Of a stretch of 64,000 nucleotides of DNA, positions 40,375-52,667 are shown one piece after another; within the stretch, counting starts at the first letter, position 1, and each line of letters begins with the position of its first letter. Source of the stretch: Tubiluchus corallicola (Eukaryota > Animalia > Priapulida). Under the pieces are notes generated by a model. That model saw only the letters and a program-made list of their open reading frames with translations, did not search any database and was not told the DNA's origin. The stretch spans positions 310,001 to 374,000 of the forward strand of contig JAQGDQ010000028.1 of NCBI GenBank assembly GCA_030141605.1, in the 5' to 3' direction. A program made the position numbers and the translations under genes.

Positions 40375-42048
40375 GATGGAAGCGGTGAGTCTGTTTCGGC
40401 TAATGTGGAACTGAATACCATGCCTGATAATCGCAGAGATCGCAACCATATCAGCAACGACGGTTCCATTGAGGAGAAATCGCTTATGTTTTCCAATATT
40501 AGTGAAACAAATGCTCATCAGAGGGAGGTTGCGTCATCGCATGGGAGCGGCTCTGCCAGTCCGCGGTGGCTGCAAAGTGCTCCATTTAAGAAGATACGAC
40601 ATCCTGCTGAAACAAGTTTGCTGTGGACGGTTTTAGTAACATTCACATATTTAATTACAGCATTTATTATATGCTGTCCAGTGATTGTGCTGATTGTAGT
40701 GGCACTACCTATTGGGTTAATAGTGCGCTGTATTCTAGCTACCTGTTGCTGCTGTTCACCTGGTGAATCATGTGTATGCAGGTGTACGTCGTTACTTTCA
40801 CCTGCTGATTCATTCTGGCTGCATGAATCAAACTTTAATAAGTCCATCATTCATGGTCTTGTGATTCTTGAACGAGGTTTGAGCTTTGCGCAGATTCGAG
40901 AACTGCTACAAGCTCGCCTTGTCTCGGTTAGAGATTGCCGTGGTAAAAAACTCTATCCGAGATTCACAAGGAAAGTAGTGAGATTAAAATGTGGATACGC
41001 ATGGGTTGATGACAAAGCGTTTAGTTTGGACAATCACGTGTTCGCCATTCCGGAGCACGTAGTGCGGACACGGACGGATTTGGAAAAATATCTAGGAGAG
41101 TTAGCTTCAAGACGAGAGTTGACACTCGACCGTCCTCTATGGGAAATCTTCATAGCATTTAATTGTGGAGACATGAACGATACGGCTGTGATCATCAGAG
41201 CACATGAGGCACTTGCTGATGGCATTTGCTTGTGCCGAACTTTGTGTCATGCGCTTGCTGACCAGCACGCTATAGATTTTGCCAAATCTCGCTCCGGTAG
41301 TGGTGCAGTTATGTTTAACTCGGTACGGTCATTATTAGTCGGGCCTCTGTATATATTGACTCAATTTAGCTGCTTTTATAATTGCTGTGATTATTTTAAT
41401 CGTAAACCTTTAATGGGGAAGAAGAAATTGGTGTGGTCTGATCCAATCAGCATGCCTCAACTTGAAAGAATTAAATGTGTATCTAGAAGCACATTTAATG
41501 ATGTTCTCTTATCCATTGTAACGGGTTGTATTAGAAACTATCTACAGAGCAAGGGTATACAACACCCTCCGAATCTCTACGCAATCATTCCATTCGACTT
41601 CCATTCTGATGATCCAAATTCGTTAGCCATGGGTACAGAATCGTGCCTTGCACCACTTCGCCTTCCGACCAACGTGGAAGGTTTGATTCCACGCTTGTGG
41701 AAGGTAAAGCGAATTATGGAGGAGTTGAAAAATAGCGCGGACGTTGTTTCCATATATGGCCTCATGCATTTACTAACTTATACGGTCCCAGAGTCAGTGC
41801 TTCATGCAGTGATGTCATTAATATTCAAAAAGACATCGGTCATAGTTTCAAACATGGCCGGTCCATCAGTGGGTATATCGTTTGCAACTAAGCCTATAAA
41901 GTCAATCATAGCTTTCGTGCCGCCAAAAGAAGAAATTAGTATATCGATATCGATGCTTTCTTATGACAGAGAATTGAGAATAGGCATTGTGACAGATGAA
42001 GCTTTGATTCCTGACCCAGAGGTGCTATTAAAAGAATTCCATTTCCAA
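40375..42048 (+). CDS. Main exon (558 codons) of a wax-ester synthase/diacylglycerol O-acyltransferase (WS/DGAT, AtfA/Tgs family) homologue with an N-terminal hydrophobic segment
   Basis: Acceptor ttggtttttag at 40374, donor CAA|gtaagg at 42049. Family motifs: LSPADSFWL, LDRPLWEIFI, RAHEALADG (HHxxxDG position), STFNDVLLSIVTGCIRNYL, VSNMAGP, SISMLSY..LRIGIVTDEALIPDPEVL (WS_DGAT C-terminal domain). An in-frame accATG at 40420 is an alternative start. Confidence 0.9.
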
Positions 42049-42097
42049 GTAAGGATAACCGTTTGATATCACTTTTGGCTTGCCTTTTTCACTTGCT

Positions 42098-42133
42098 TTC
42101 TCTCTCTCTCTCCTCTCTCTCTTTCCCCCCCTC

Positions 42134-42224
<91 letters not shown>
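42098..42224. repeat. (CT)n microsatellite just inside the intron
   Basis: Directly visible, about 50 nt after the donor at 42049. Confidence 0.95.
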
Positions 42225-43148
42225 GTCCCTTGTTTTTTAGAGTTAGTGAAAATATTCTCATTCTTGTTGTTGCGACTTGTATGATTTGTCCACTCGAGAT
42301 CTAGAACAATCGCATAATTTGTCGAAGCATCCAGATATCTGTACATGTAATACTGAGAGTTGTTTGCAATAACTTGTACAGCATAGAAGTCCTTCTGTAA
42401 TATTTTGGAACTTTATTTACTTATATAAATAAGGCCACCTGCAGAAATGCAGATTGTTAGACTGGTACATGTAAAGTGGTTTTATTGTGAGAATTTAGTG
42501 CTCTTGATTTTCATGTTTTATAACAGCTGCTGAAAATACTGTGTTCATTATTTGTGATTGCAATAATTATATTAATTGTCATTTGTATTGGCTCTGTTAC
42601 TTTTATCTGTATCAGTAACAACCTTAGTGTTCGGCACAGATATTAATTTCAACTGTTTTATGTAATTATTTCAATAATAATTGTTTGATAGTAATAATAT
42701 ACAAAATTGTTTGTTAATTTAAATTGTTTGTCCATGGACGTTTGTTCGTTCTCCAAAACAGATTTACTTTATTCTGTCCCTGTGGTTTAACACGTAACAG
42801 TTATCATTAAAATTAATTGTGCAGTATGTAAATGAGCCTAGATGAACCTGTTTATGCAGCAAACATTAGACACACTTGTATGTATAAATATTAGTGCCGT
42901 TACAAGGATGGTACTATTTTTATATGGGATTCAAAAATCAAGTTAATAGAAATCATGCAAATTAGAAAGGCCTAACTGAGGCCTAAAACCTTTATCCTGT
43001 AAAAAGAAAGGTGCGTTTTACTTACTAATGCATCTTATATGGTGTAAAGTATGGTATTATTTTGATGAGTCGGATATTGTCATGGGTCATTTTATTAATG
43101 ACGCGAAAAACCTTGGTGCTTTTTTCATAACATTGAATCTCTTTTCAG

Positions 43149-43262
43149 GTTAATCAATTGTCAGAGTTATTGGCTAACAGACGGGTACCCGGTGAATCTA
43201 GACACAGGGATGATTACGACTTCGATGACGTCGATGAAGGGCCTGAGCCGTCAGCAGAAGAG
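43149..43262 (+). CDS. WS/DGAT-like gene exon (38 codons)
   Basis: ctcttttcag| VNQLSELLANRRVPGESRHRDDYDFDDVDEGPEPSAEE |gtaaaa; phase 0-0, continues the final helix KEFHFQ-VNQLSELL. Confidence 0.85.
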
Positions 43263-44433
43263 GTAAAAAATGCTCATTTATTCACAGAAACACTATTCTA
43301 GATACGTTTACATTTGCTTGCTAAATATCAGGTATATTCAAAAATTCAAAGAAAAACTAAAAATTGTCTCCAAAAAGGCCATCGTTTCGTATAATAGAGC
43401 AAGCTTATTAGCGCTCAATAATGATCATAAAACTACAACAAAAACCAGTATGATACAATGAAATTGCACTGCTTTATTATCTATAAAGTGTAACAGTGGC
43501 AGTATGTAATCTGTGCACATGCTACATGCAACATGTGAAAAATCATGCTACTATCTAATTCAGCCAAAAAAATCACATTCAAAGAACTAATACTTGAACC
43601 TACATTATCATTCCCATTTCATTGTGAACATAACTTGTAGTATTGTCATAATATGACTAGAACTATGAAGCACTATATGCACTGCAGCTTTAGACTCTTG
43701 CACTTTGAAACACTAAATCGCCAAATGTGTCTTGTTATTTGCTGTAAAAATAATTCATAATTTTTGTTTTATCATTTGATGGCTACTAGATAGAGCAATT
43801 TGTAATGCTAGCTTCTCTATACTCTGTCAGAATTTCAACATATTCCCGGAAAAATAAATTTTGTCAACACCCGAGTTAAATAAATCTTTGTAAATGAACC
43901 CTGTGTTGATTCATCACAGTCACTTTGTTGTAAAGTGCAAGTGTGCTAAGGTAAAGTTTAATATCACTGAAACTCTCTGAATCATTTCTCGCTATCTGTA
44001 TTCACAATCGTCTTCTGTCAGCCGTGTAAACGGTTCTTATTTGTGTTCAATGAAAGGAATAAGTAATTCCCAAATTCCAGAACAGATCTGAAACATCTCT
44101 ACCTTCAAGTTCTACAAGTAACACAATTGCTTATGCTGATTATAAACAAGTCGGCCTAAAATCGACCATTTATGGGTGGTTAGTCAATAACCATAACGTT
44201 TTAATTTGCTTTTCTAACAAAGTCAAAACAGGCCATTCAAGTATTCTTCAAAGCCAATACAGTAGACCACTCATTGGCGACTTGCAGATTTTAGCAAGTT
44301 GAAATTTGTAAAATTTTGCTAAATTCTCAAATTAAATTACGATAAAAACTAGATAGAGCGTCTAGTCTAGCTTTGATGGCACAGCGGAATGTGACTGCCA
44401 TTTCACTGACCATTATCCGTTTATTTATTTTAG

Positions 44434-44625
44434 CTGCAAGACCAGCTGCACCATGTTCAAGATGAGCTACAAGAGCTGAAACTGCGCATGGAATCAGGGG
44501 ACAGCGGTCAAGACCTGAAAGATGCTCAAGAGTCTCTTCTCTCTCGTGTTGAGGAGTTGAAAGAAGAATTTGCCGAGTTGCTTGCTGAACTTCGTCGACG
44601 TAAAAATTCTGACATAAGATTAGAA
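44434..44625 (+). CDS. WS/DGAT-like gene exon (64 codons, coiled coil)
   Basis: tttattttag| LQDQLHHVQDELQELKLRMESGDSGQDLKDAQESLLSRVEELKEEFAELLAELRRRKNSDIRLE |gtaagt; phase 0-0, heptad-like Leu pattern. Confidence 0.85.
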
Positions 44626-45587
44626 GTAAGTTTGAACAAAATTTCTGCAGTAACTGGTCAGGAAACTGTAAACTCTCAGATAGCACGTGCATTAGAAAAT
44701 ACAGTGTATTGAAAAATTATTGATTCCTATTAAAAGGAAACCCCCAAAAAGAATAAGTAGAAACGAGGAGACTATACGAAATGGTATTTAATTTTGAATA
44801 ATGAATGTATTGCCGCCATCCATAGATGTGACTGTCATTAATCAAGGGAAGTTATGATCACAGAAGCTCCTCGGAGAGACTGTTGTCATGAGTCATGACT
44901 CACTTCCTTATTAACTTCGTTGGTTTTTTAGGATAAAAAATTGAAAGGGCTAGAAAAACTGATTAAACGAAGAGCAGTCAAAATAATAATAAAACAAAAC
45001 ATGTTTGTATCTACTTGTGCTAACTTTTAAGTCTGGCGGATTTTTAACACGCGTTGTGCCAGCCTTTGCCTGTGCCAAGCCTCAACAATGAGTAACTACC
45101 TTGTGAAACCAACTTACTGTGTCTTTAAAAGAATCTATTGCAGGTCATTCGAACAATCGTGTGTGAATTGCATCAGCCTATCACAGGATGTTCAGCTGTA
45201 AGAACTCTGGAGTGTCAACTATTAACTGCTTCGTTTGCCGGGCTTTGAAATGCTCTTAGTTGCAACACTTTGTTTTATTTGTGTTATTGCCAAGTGCACG
45301 TACTCGGACATTGTCTTTGGAACATTATTAGCATCTGAACTCAGCTTAAGATATTAACTCCTTTGCCGCTGTTACTGTCCACTGTCCACTTAATTTTCCT
45401 GCTTGTGTTCTGTAATTTTGTTTAACAATCTTCTTCTTGGTGTATTAGCCATGGTGGCAAGTGTAAGTGGATGCCAGTGTAAGTAGGTGTGGAAATTTGT
45501 TACAATATTTTTAATTATGTTCGATACACTTATCTGTTTTTTTAGAAAAGATCAACTCTTTATTAATCATTAATCATGGATTTCCAG

Positions 45588-45779
45588 GATGAGGACATAG
45601 ATCTTGAACTTCTACGGCGATATCATCGGAAACGAAGTCTTAGCAACTCCTCAAGAAAGTCGTCCATCTCAACGGCTCGTCCCCTCACTGCACCAGACAG
45701 TAGTCGGAGAGGATCAAGTGTCCGACAACAGTCTGAGTCGTCTCCTGGACCAGTTAGAAAGGACCCAGCCAGTATCAGT
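45588..45779 (+). CDS. WS/DGAT-like gene exon (64 codons, Ser/Arg-rich)
   Basis: tttccag| DEDIDLELLRRYHRKRSLSNSSRKSSISTARPLTAPDSSRRGSSVRQQSESSPGPVRKDPASIS |gtaagt; phase 0-0. Confidence 0.8.
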
Positions 45780-46289
45780 GTAAGTTTCACTTATTACAGC
45801 AGTACTTACTACAGTTATTACTAATCAATCCATTACCTATTTAATTATCTAATTGAAATACCAGTTTGACCATTCAGTTACGTACTCAGATCGGATATTG
45901 CTCAAATCGAATTTACTACTCTCAGACTTTATGCAAAACGCTTGGCTAAAACTCGGCTAAAAAGTAAAATGTCCTAAGCAAGAAACAACATTCAAAAGAC
46001 TATTCCCTTGGGACGTCATTGATAATTTCAGTTAAACGGCTTTAAAAGAAGGAAAAACACCATCACATCAACAGAAGTAGTACAACCTGGTGTTGAAAAC
46101 AGCATTCTTCTTGGCAGAATAATAAAGTTACCAGAGTAATAGAGTAATGTAGTCTAGACCGTCTTCAGAGTAAATCAATGTTATAAAGCCCATAAACAGT
46201 GAAAAATACAATGAAATTTTATGTTAGTAAGACAAATAAACATAATGACATTGATAGTACAACATCATAACCCTATTAAAATACCTGTT

Positions 46290-46760
46290 CATCAAAGAAT
46301 ATGTTATAACTTTTAGATATTGAAAATGAGGACCATGTGGTATTGTTTTATTAAAAGTGTGATATCAAAGGTAAATGTTTATTTGATCAAGTTTTGATGC
46401 TACTTCCTGATTTCCCAGATATGAGCAGTGATGAAAAATTTAGATTTATCTTAGGAAATGATGATACCGAGGGTTTAGTTTTAAAACTTGTAACTTTGTT
46501 AGAGATTGTTTTATATAAGGGCAAACAGAACAAAATAGCATTAAAAATAGCATTATATTGTCTACACGTCTCATTGTTATATTTGTTATGTTATTTTAAC
46601 ATTTAATTGTTATATGTGTCAATTGGGTATATTATACATCAAATTATAATGTTATAATTTATGTAATCTGTCTTATTGTCATTAATATTTTGTAAATATG
46701 TATTGTATAATAACTGTATTGTATTTGTGAATGCTAATTGTTAACGAATACATAAAAAAT
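46290..46760 (+). mobile_element. Probable 3' end of a LINE inside the last intron
   Basis: ENEDHVVLF (ORF2 C-terminal 'E.E.H.ll.C' zinc-finger-like) followed by DMSSDEKFRFILG, then a TG/TA-rich tail ending in an A-rich run. Confidence 0.4.
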
Positions 46761-46899
46761 TAAATCTGAGCCAAAAAGGTATTATCATTGCAAGACATGC
46801 AAATGTTGCAACTAACTTTAAAGAAACGCTCTTCATATTTAACAAATTTAATTGTATCTAAATGTATCACATGGATTTCATTTATGTCTTTTTTTTCAG

Positions 46900-47115
46900 T
46901 CAATGGCAAGTAGTTCTGATCAAGCCAAGCCGGGCATGAGCTCAATTACGGTACCCTCACGGAGCTGTTATGACATGGAAGCCGAGTACGATATGTCACA
47001 GCGAACGTATCACAGTCGCATGTCCAGCGCAAGCAGCGTCAGCGACACTCAAGATGGGAGGGGCGATGGAGCGGAACGATATTCGCCTCCTGTTGAGAAA
47101 ACTTCCAGAAGCTAA
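46900..47115 (+). CDS. WS/DGAT-like gene last coding exon (71 codons + TAA)
   Basis: Strong acceptor gtcttttttttcag| SMASSSDQAKPGMSS...YSPPVEKTSRS*; phase 0. Confidence 0.82.
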   Translation, partial: SMASSSDQAKPGMSSITVPSRSCYDMEAEYDMSQRTYHSRMSSASSVSDTQDGRGDGAERYSPPVEKTSRS

Positions 47116-48284
47116 CAATAGTAGAAGAGTAAAATATTTTTCTGTTTAACTATTCAGTGTTCCATCATTGTCCCATAATGTAAACTCAGTAACTGTATCT
47201 TAACATAATACATAAATTGTACGTTTTCTGGTAAAATCGTAATTATGTAACTAGTCAAAAATTGTATCTAGTCAGCACTAACCGACCACTTCTTTTTCAT
47301 TGTAAGCTTACTGTGCTTTGCAATGCCAAAATGGGAAATTTTGCAAGTTTTACAAAAGAAACCGAACTTGCTAAACACCAAAAGTAGCAGAATACGGTGT
47401 TACCTAATCTTTCTACTAATTGCTTCATCTCTAAGCTATTCCAAGCTTTTAATTGCAAAGCCTTAGTTAAGCAGCATGTGATTTGTCATGTATCATATTG
47501 TGCTGCCTCCTGTTGTGCAACCTTTATGTGGCCATCAGAGAATTGAAATTGAGATGACAGAATGTTAGTGCTGTAAAACTGTGTCGTCAGAGTTACCATA
47601 AAGAGTTATTTTTTCAGACATTACTGTGGTTGCATTTCATGATCTGCCAATGTTTTTCGTCAAATAGACATGTTTCAAACTCACAATAATAAACCCACAT
47701 TTCTTGGTTGTATATAATAATTTCCATTTAAAAAACAGTCATGTGCTGACTTCACAAAGATCGGGGGTAACATAAATTACTGTGCTCTATTATAATTATT
47801 TCATTGTAAATTGCTCTTGCATTATTTATTTATAAATAGGATTTTATGTGTGTTTCGAGTGATATGCATAATTACATTTATGTATTAGTACGTGCAATAA
47901 AAAATATTTTTAATGGCCTAGCTGCAGTTTGTTAAGATTTCCTTGTATTTACAACTGCCGTTAGCCATTTTGTTATAATGTAATTATGTTAGTTTACTAT
48001 TTACTTGAAATGCTAGCTAAAATTGCAAACAGAAAGCATCCAGCCTACTGTTTGCAAAATGATGTTAATGCTAAATAGAAGTGTGTGTAAGAACAGTATG
48101 TTGTACATACAAAATATTGTTATATTCATAGAGCCACCAAAGATTTTATTGTGTTTTGCCAGTGTTTATTTTTATTATGCTTCAGTTATTTCTTCATTTT
48201 GCCACTTGGTCTCTGTTAATAGTGACCTCGGGGTGAGAACCTTCTGTAATCACATACCAGATGTAAATGACTTGTTGTTCTGAT

Positions 48285-48290
48285 AATAAA
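48285..48290 (+). terminator. Candidate polyadenylation signal of the WS/DGAT-like gene
   Basis: AATAAA followed ~35 nt later by a T/GT-rich tract (cagtttttgtttttatt); other AATAAA hexamers (e.g. ~47897) are alternatives. Confidence 0.35.
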
Positions 48291-51200
48291 TATTTTAATT
48301 CAAACTAAGAGTAAATCAGCCAGTTTTTGTTTTTATTCAGGCACTATTCAGACTTGGTATGATTTGATTGTAATCTTAAACCTAATCTTAGATCTTAATC
48401 TTAGGTTGCGCGTAGCCTTTAATCTGTTTGACACACTATAAACCAGCTAAAATAAAGCGATATTGTTGCATGAACATTAGGTAAAGTGCAGACTGCAGAA
48501 TTCTGAATTAAACAGCACACGCTTACGGAAAGCTAGATACGTTTACGAAAAATCCCATATTCCACCAGTTACATCATAATTTCCAATTGAATGACAGCTA
48601 CCACCTTGCCACAAAATTTCTATAAGTATAAATTAACTTCATACTTTATAGATAGTTTTTGCAAATTTCTTTGTTATATTTTTCCAAGTTTAAATTTTAA
48701 CAGCAAAATAAACCACACATGCTAAATGACTTGTCCTTTTTTTAGAGTAACACTTAATAAGCAATAGTAATGTCTTATTATTACTGTGTGCCATGAGTAT
48801 AATCCAGCAAACTTATTGCAAAGGCTCTGAACTGGCAGAAGGGTCTTTGCTTTGTTAAAATATTTACCATAGTCCATCAAGTGGAGATATAGACAGTATA
48901 GTAGGGAAACCACAAAGCTGCAGATTTTCAAACTGTCACTCCTCCATTTACTAATCAGACACAGTGCTACTTTACTATCACAGGGAACTGTAGTAAAGCA
49001 CACATTAAGCTGGGGTTCAATCTTCATGCACTTTTGGACAAATCTACAAATGCATAAGGCAATGGCAACATACTTGCTGAATAAGCTGTTGCAGACCTAC
49101 ATGTCCTACTGTATAATTATAACGGATGAGCTGGTTATTTTGTAATAAAACGTTTTTCCCTCTTTCTCATTTTGTAATCATCTTAATGGCGAATCTGCGA
49201 CTATTCTTGACTAATCTATTTCATAATTATTACCATTTTCTGTTTATTTTCATGAAGACACTACAAACATTATTGATAATTATTAACAACCAGATTATAG
49301 CAAACTCTGTACACGAAGTAGGGGCACTGTTGAGAACCGGCTGCGACTGAGCAGCTGGGAGAATAATTTATTGCTTAAGTAAAGTTAAAATAAGGAGAAA
49401 ACAAGAGATTTTCAAAAGCAAGCAGCTTTGGAAATGAAACTAGAAGCATGTATGTCCCGGTCTCGCACGCAAACTCCTAAGAGTTTGCTGCATTTTGCAT
49501 ATTTTCATGAAAAACTGCTCTCACTAAGCAGCGATTACGTTATATTTGATAGTGTGTGGGCTCAAAATTTAGAGCTAAAAGTGGTGTTTACCTGGCATCC
49601 GGAATACGCATGCGTTATGCTGATTTATCCCTCACACAATGGACTTTCATGCAAAATTATATATGAAATGCATTATTTTTCTTAGCTTAGACAAACTAAA
49701 AATCGATTATTGACAAAGAAATTTAAAAAAGTTTCAGTAACTGCAGTGTTTGTACCGTAACAATGTACAGTTTCACTTGTGTAAAATTGGCTAATGCAGA
49801 AACTTTTAACTATCCAGATACAACACACTTTGGCCTTTTTAAGGAGAAATTCCTGTTACAAGATGAAACGACCATAATTTCTCCTTGGTTGATCGGTTAG
49901 TTAGATGTCTGTGCAGCAGCAACAGCAGCAGTAGCAATAGCAAGCAGGCGATCAATAAAATTGTGTGTACGATCACACAAGTGTACTCTCCACTAAGCTA
50001 CTCAACAAGTCGGAGTGTGTGAAAAGGGCGTCTTTCTCTTAATTTTATCCAATTAAATCACTTGTAAATGCTTAAACAGATAGCATGATTGGATAGCTCA
50101 TATTCCTTAATAAAATAGTACCTAATTTGTAGTCACTTAATTTTGCCTGTGCAGAAAATTCATAGGTCTTATAAGACCTAATTTGAATGGTGTGGTCCTG
50201 AAGACGTTAATTAAGCAAAATGTTTTGGCAGTCAGAATAGATCTAAACAGATGTTTGCTATGTATTTCGTCGCCTGTGGGGAGATTCACAAGCACTCAAG
50301 GTGGTGATTCTGTGCGTATAGTCAGACCCTGTTTTGGCAGATAGCAAAATATCAAAGATTAATGATGGCGCGGATGCTCACCAGTGGCGCTCAAGGCCTC
50401 TAATTTCTTTAGCTGCGCAGCATCCCAGAAATTAATCCAGAATTCCACAGTTCAGTAATACATATATAAAATGAATTTATTGATTTATTTGTTTATTTAC
50501 TTCTTTTGTAATCCAGTTATACATATTACGAATAACAGTAATTACAGTAAATATACATACATGAAATGAAATACAAAGAACAATAAAAACATTTGCGCTT
50601 AAAACACAAAGAGCTAGTAAACTACATGTTACTACGAAATTGGCTACCCTTTTCCTAAAATTTATGATGTCTATTGTGTGCATTGACCAATGACCAATGA
50701 TTTATCGTTTATCGAGGGTAGCGCATTTTGTGCAATGATCACTACTACTAAAAGATATTTTTAACCTACAAAACTTAACAAAGACTTTCAAATGATGTCC
50801 TCTTGTGACAATATCAGCTCAAACAAAAAATCGTTAATTTACGCTGTCGGTCGCCTTCTAAATCGAATCATGCGAAATGGCGTTCATTTTTCTGCAGATA
50901 CATTAGAAACTTTCCGTAAGCCAAACGAAATAGAACCTACTACATAGCAGTAACTGCTCATGAATTCAACGGTATGTGCGGTAAAACAAGACAGTTATTT
51001 GAAATTCTGTCCAGGTTTAACAATTTGTTTTGTGTAAATTATATCAACTGCATGTTGTTCGGCAGTGTACCAAGAAAACTTTTAAAAAAGACTTCTTTTG
51101 AGTAGATTTACTGTCAGTAAATTACTGATGTTTAATAAAATAATTTGTCTACATATGTGGAAGGAGCTTTACTGAAAGTAAAAAAATCGTTTCTATAATT

Positions 51201-52515
51201 GTAATTACAGAGGTTAACTGACAATAACAAAGAAGTTCTATTACGTTCTACCAAACAAAAAACAAATCAGCAAAAATCAAAATAAGCTAAAAATATTGTC
51301 TAGAATCGATATAATTGTGATAACTCCATTAGCATGCATCCACCACTGATCAATATAATATGCGAGTATTTCGCGAAATCATGAGACGTCACCGTGGTCC
51401 CCAGAACATCTTCTCCCTCTTTCTTCTTCCATCCTTTCCTTCTTCTGGATACTTGGCAGGCCAAGACCCTAGGGATCCAAGGGCACATTCACTTGAGTAG
51501 TATTTCAAGTAATTCTCGTGCATTTTTCACACCTGTTAGAAAATGTTAATACGTGACTTTTGATGTGAAAACGCCACAGGGTAAATTACACTGTATAATT
51601 AAAAGCACTCTGGCCGTTTGGAGTAAGCAGTGGTAAATTATCCTCTAGGTTAGTATAAGCTGCAGCCTAGAGGCTCTCAAGCTTGGTAGCCCTCAAGCTT
51701 TGGTAATATTTTGTAAAAAAATCTGTTTTTTCGTTATGGTTGCGTTGAAATATATGCGCTAATTTGGTTTGCAATAAGTAGTAAAATAGTGGTATTTCTT
51801 AAAGAATATTTTTATTTACAAACAAAAATAACTTTTCTAGTTTATTTAAAACAATTGCAACAAGTTTACTTCAAGCTATGTCGCTCGCTAAAATATATCA
51901 CGAGCAAAAAATATTCAAGACGGGTGCAGAGTAGAGAACTTAGTTCGGCTTAAGTTGGAGAACCTAGAGGGCGGCTCTGTTTAAGGAGCCCCCGTAATTT
52001 AATTATCCTAGGGGACCCAGAAGGTCACAATCGGGGCCATGGGAGTAAGGCTTAAAAGGGGTTAAACTACCATGTGAAAAAACGTGTCTTATAATGTGGC
52101 AACTGAAAGCGTAGTACGATCACACGAGTTCATCACTGTAGTGTAAATTTACGCAACATCACTGTCACATTAGAAATCATTTGAATGTCACAGATGGCAA
52201 ACGAACGACAACCTGACCATCAGAGGGCACCACAGGAAAGCTTTCACATTCAATAAAAGGTGCACATACAGACTGTTGGCATTTTGAACTCGTCAGAAGA
52301 GACAACCAAAAGCCCGAAAGTCTATTTCCTATTCTTCTTAAAATATTCTTTTCTTCGTGTTACTAGGACGGTTAGGTAAAAATATCTGCAACACCTGTAA
52401 TGTAGGACTCACTTGAAGCTTGGGCTGCTTGGCCTGAAGCAAAACCACAGTTTTGGCCGATTTATGAACTGTCCGTTGTCAACGTGCACATGTAACCTTG
52501 AACAACTTGCCTGAA

Positions 52516-52539
52516 GGAATTTTCCAAGAAGTGACGTCA
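52516..52539 (+). promoter_or_regulatory. Overlapping kB-like, STAT/GAS and CRE motifs upstream of the calmodulin-like gene
   Basis: GGAATTTTCC (52516-52525), TTCCAAGAA (52522-52530), TGACGTCA (52532-52539), 130-150 nt before the ATG. Confidence 0.45.
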
Positions 52540-52667
52540 ATGTCAGTACTTAAAGCAAAGTTGACACCTTTCATACCACTGCCTGCTGACCGCTGGTTGT
52601 CACCTCACGTCTGCTGAGACCAGTTTCTTGAAAAAGTTCGTTAAAACGACTCTTTTTGCAAATAAAA

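Noticed and set aside
40405-42066. ORF-track model of a single-exon 553-aa protein with GTG start
   Set aside because: Consensus acceptor at 40374 and donor at 42049, plus in-frame flanking exons, indicate an internal exon; the VRITV* ending is intron read-through.
42028-42346. (ER)n and (LS)n ORFs
   Set aside because: Translation of the (CT)n microsatellite.
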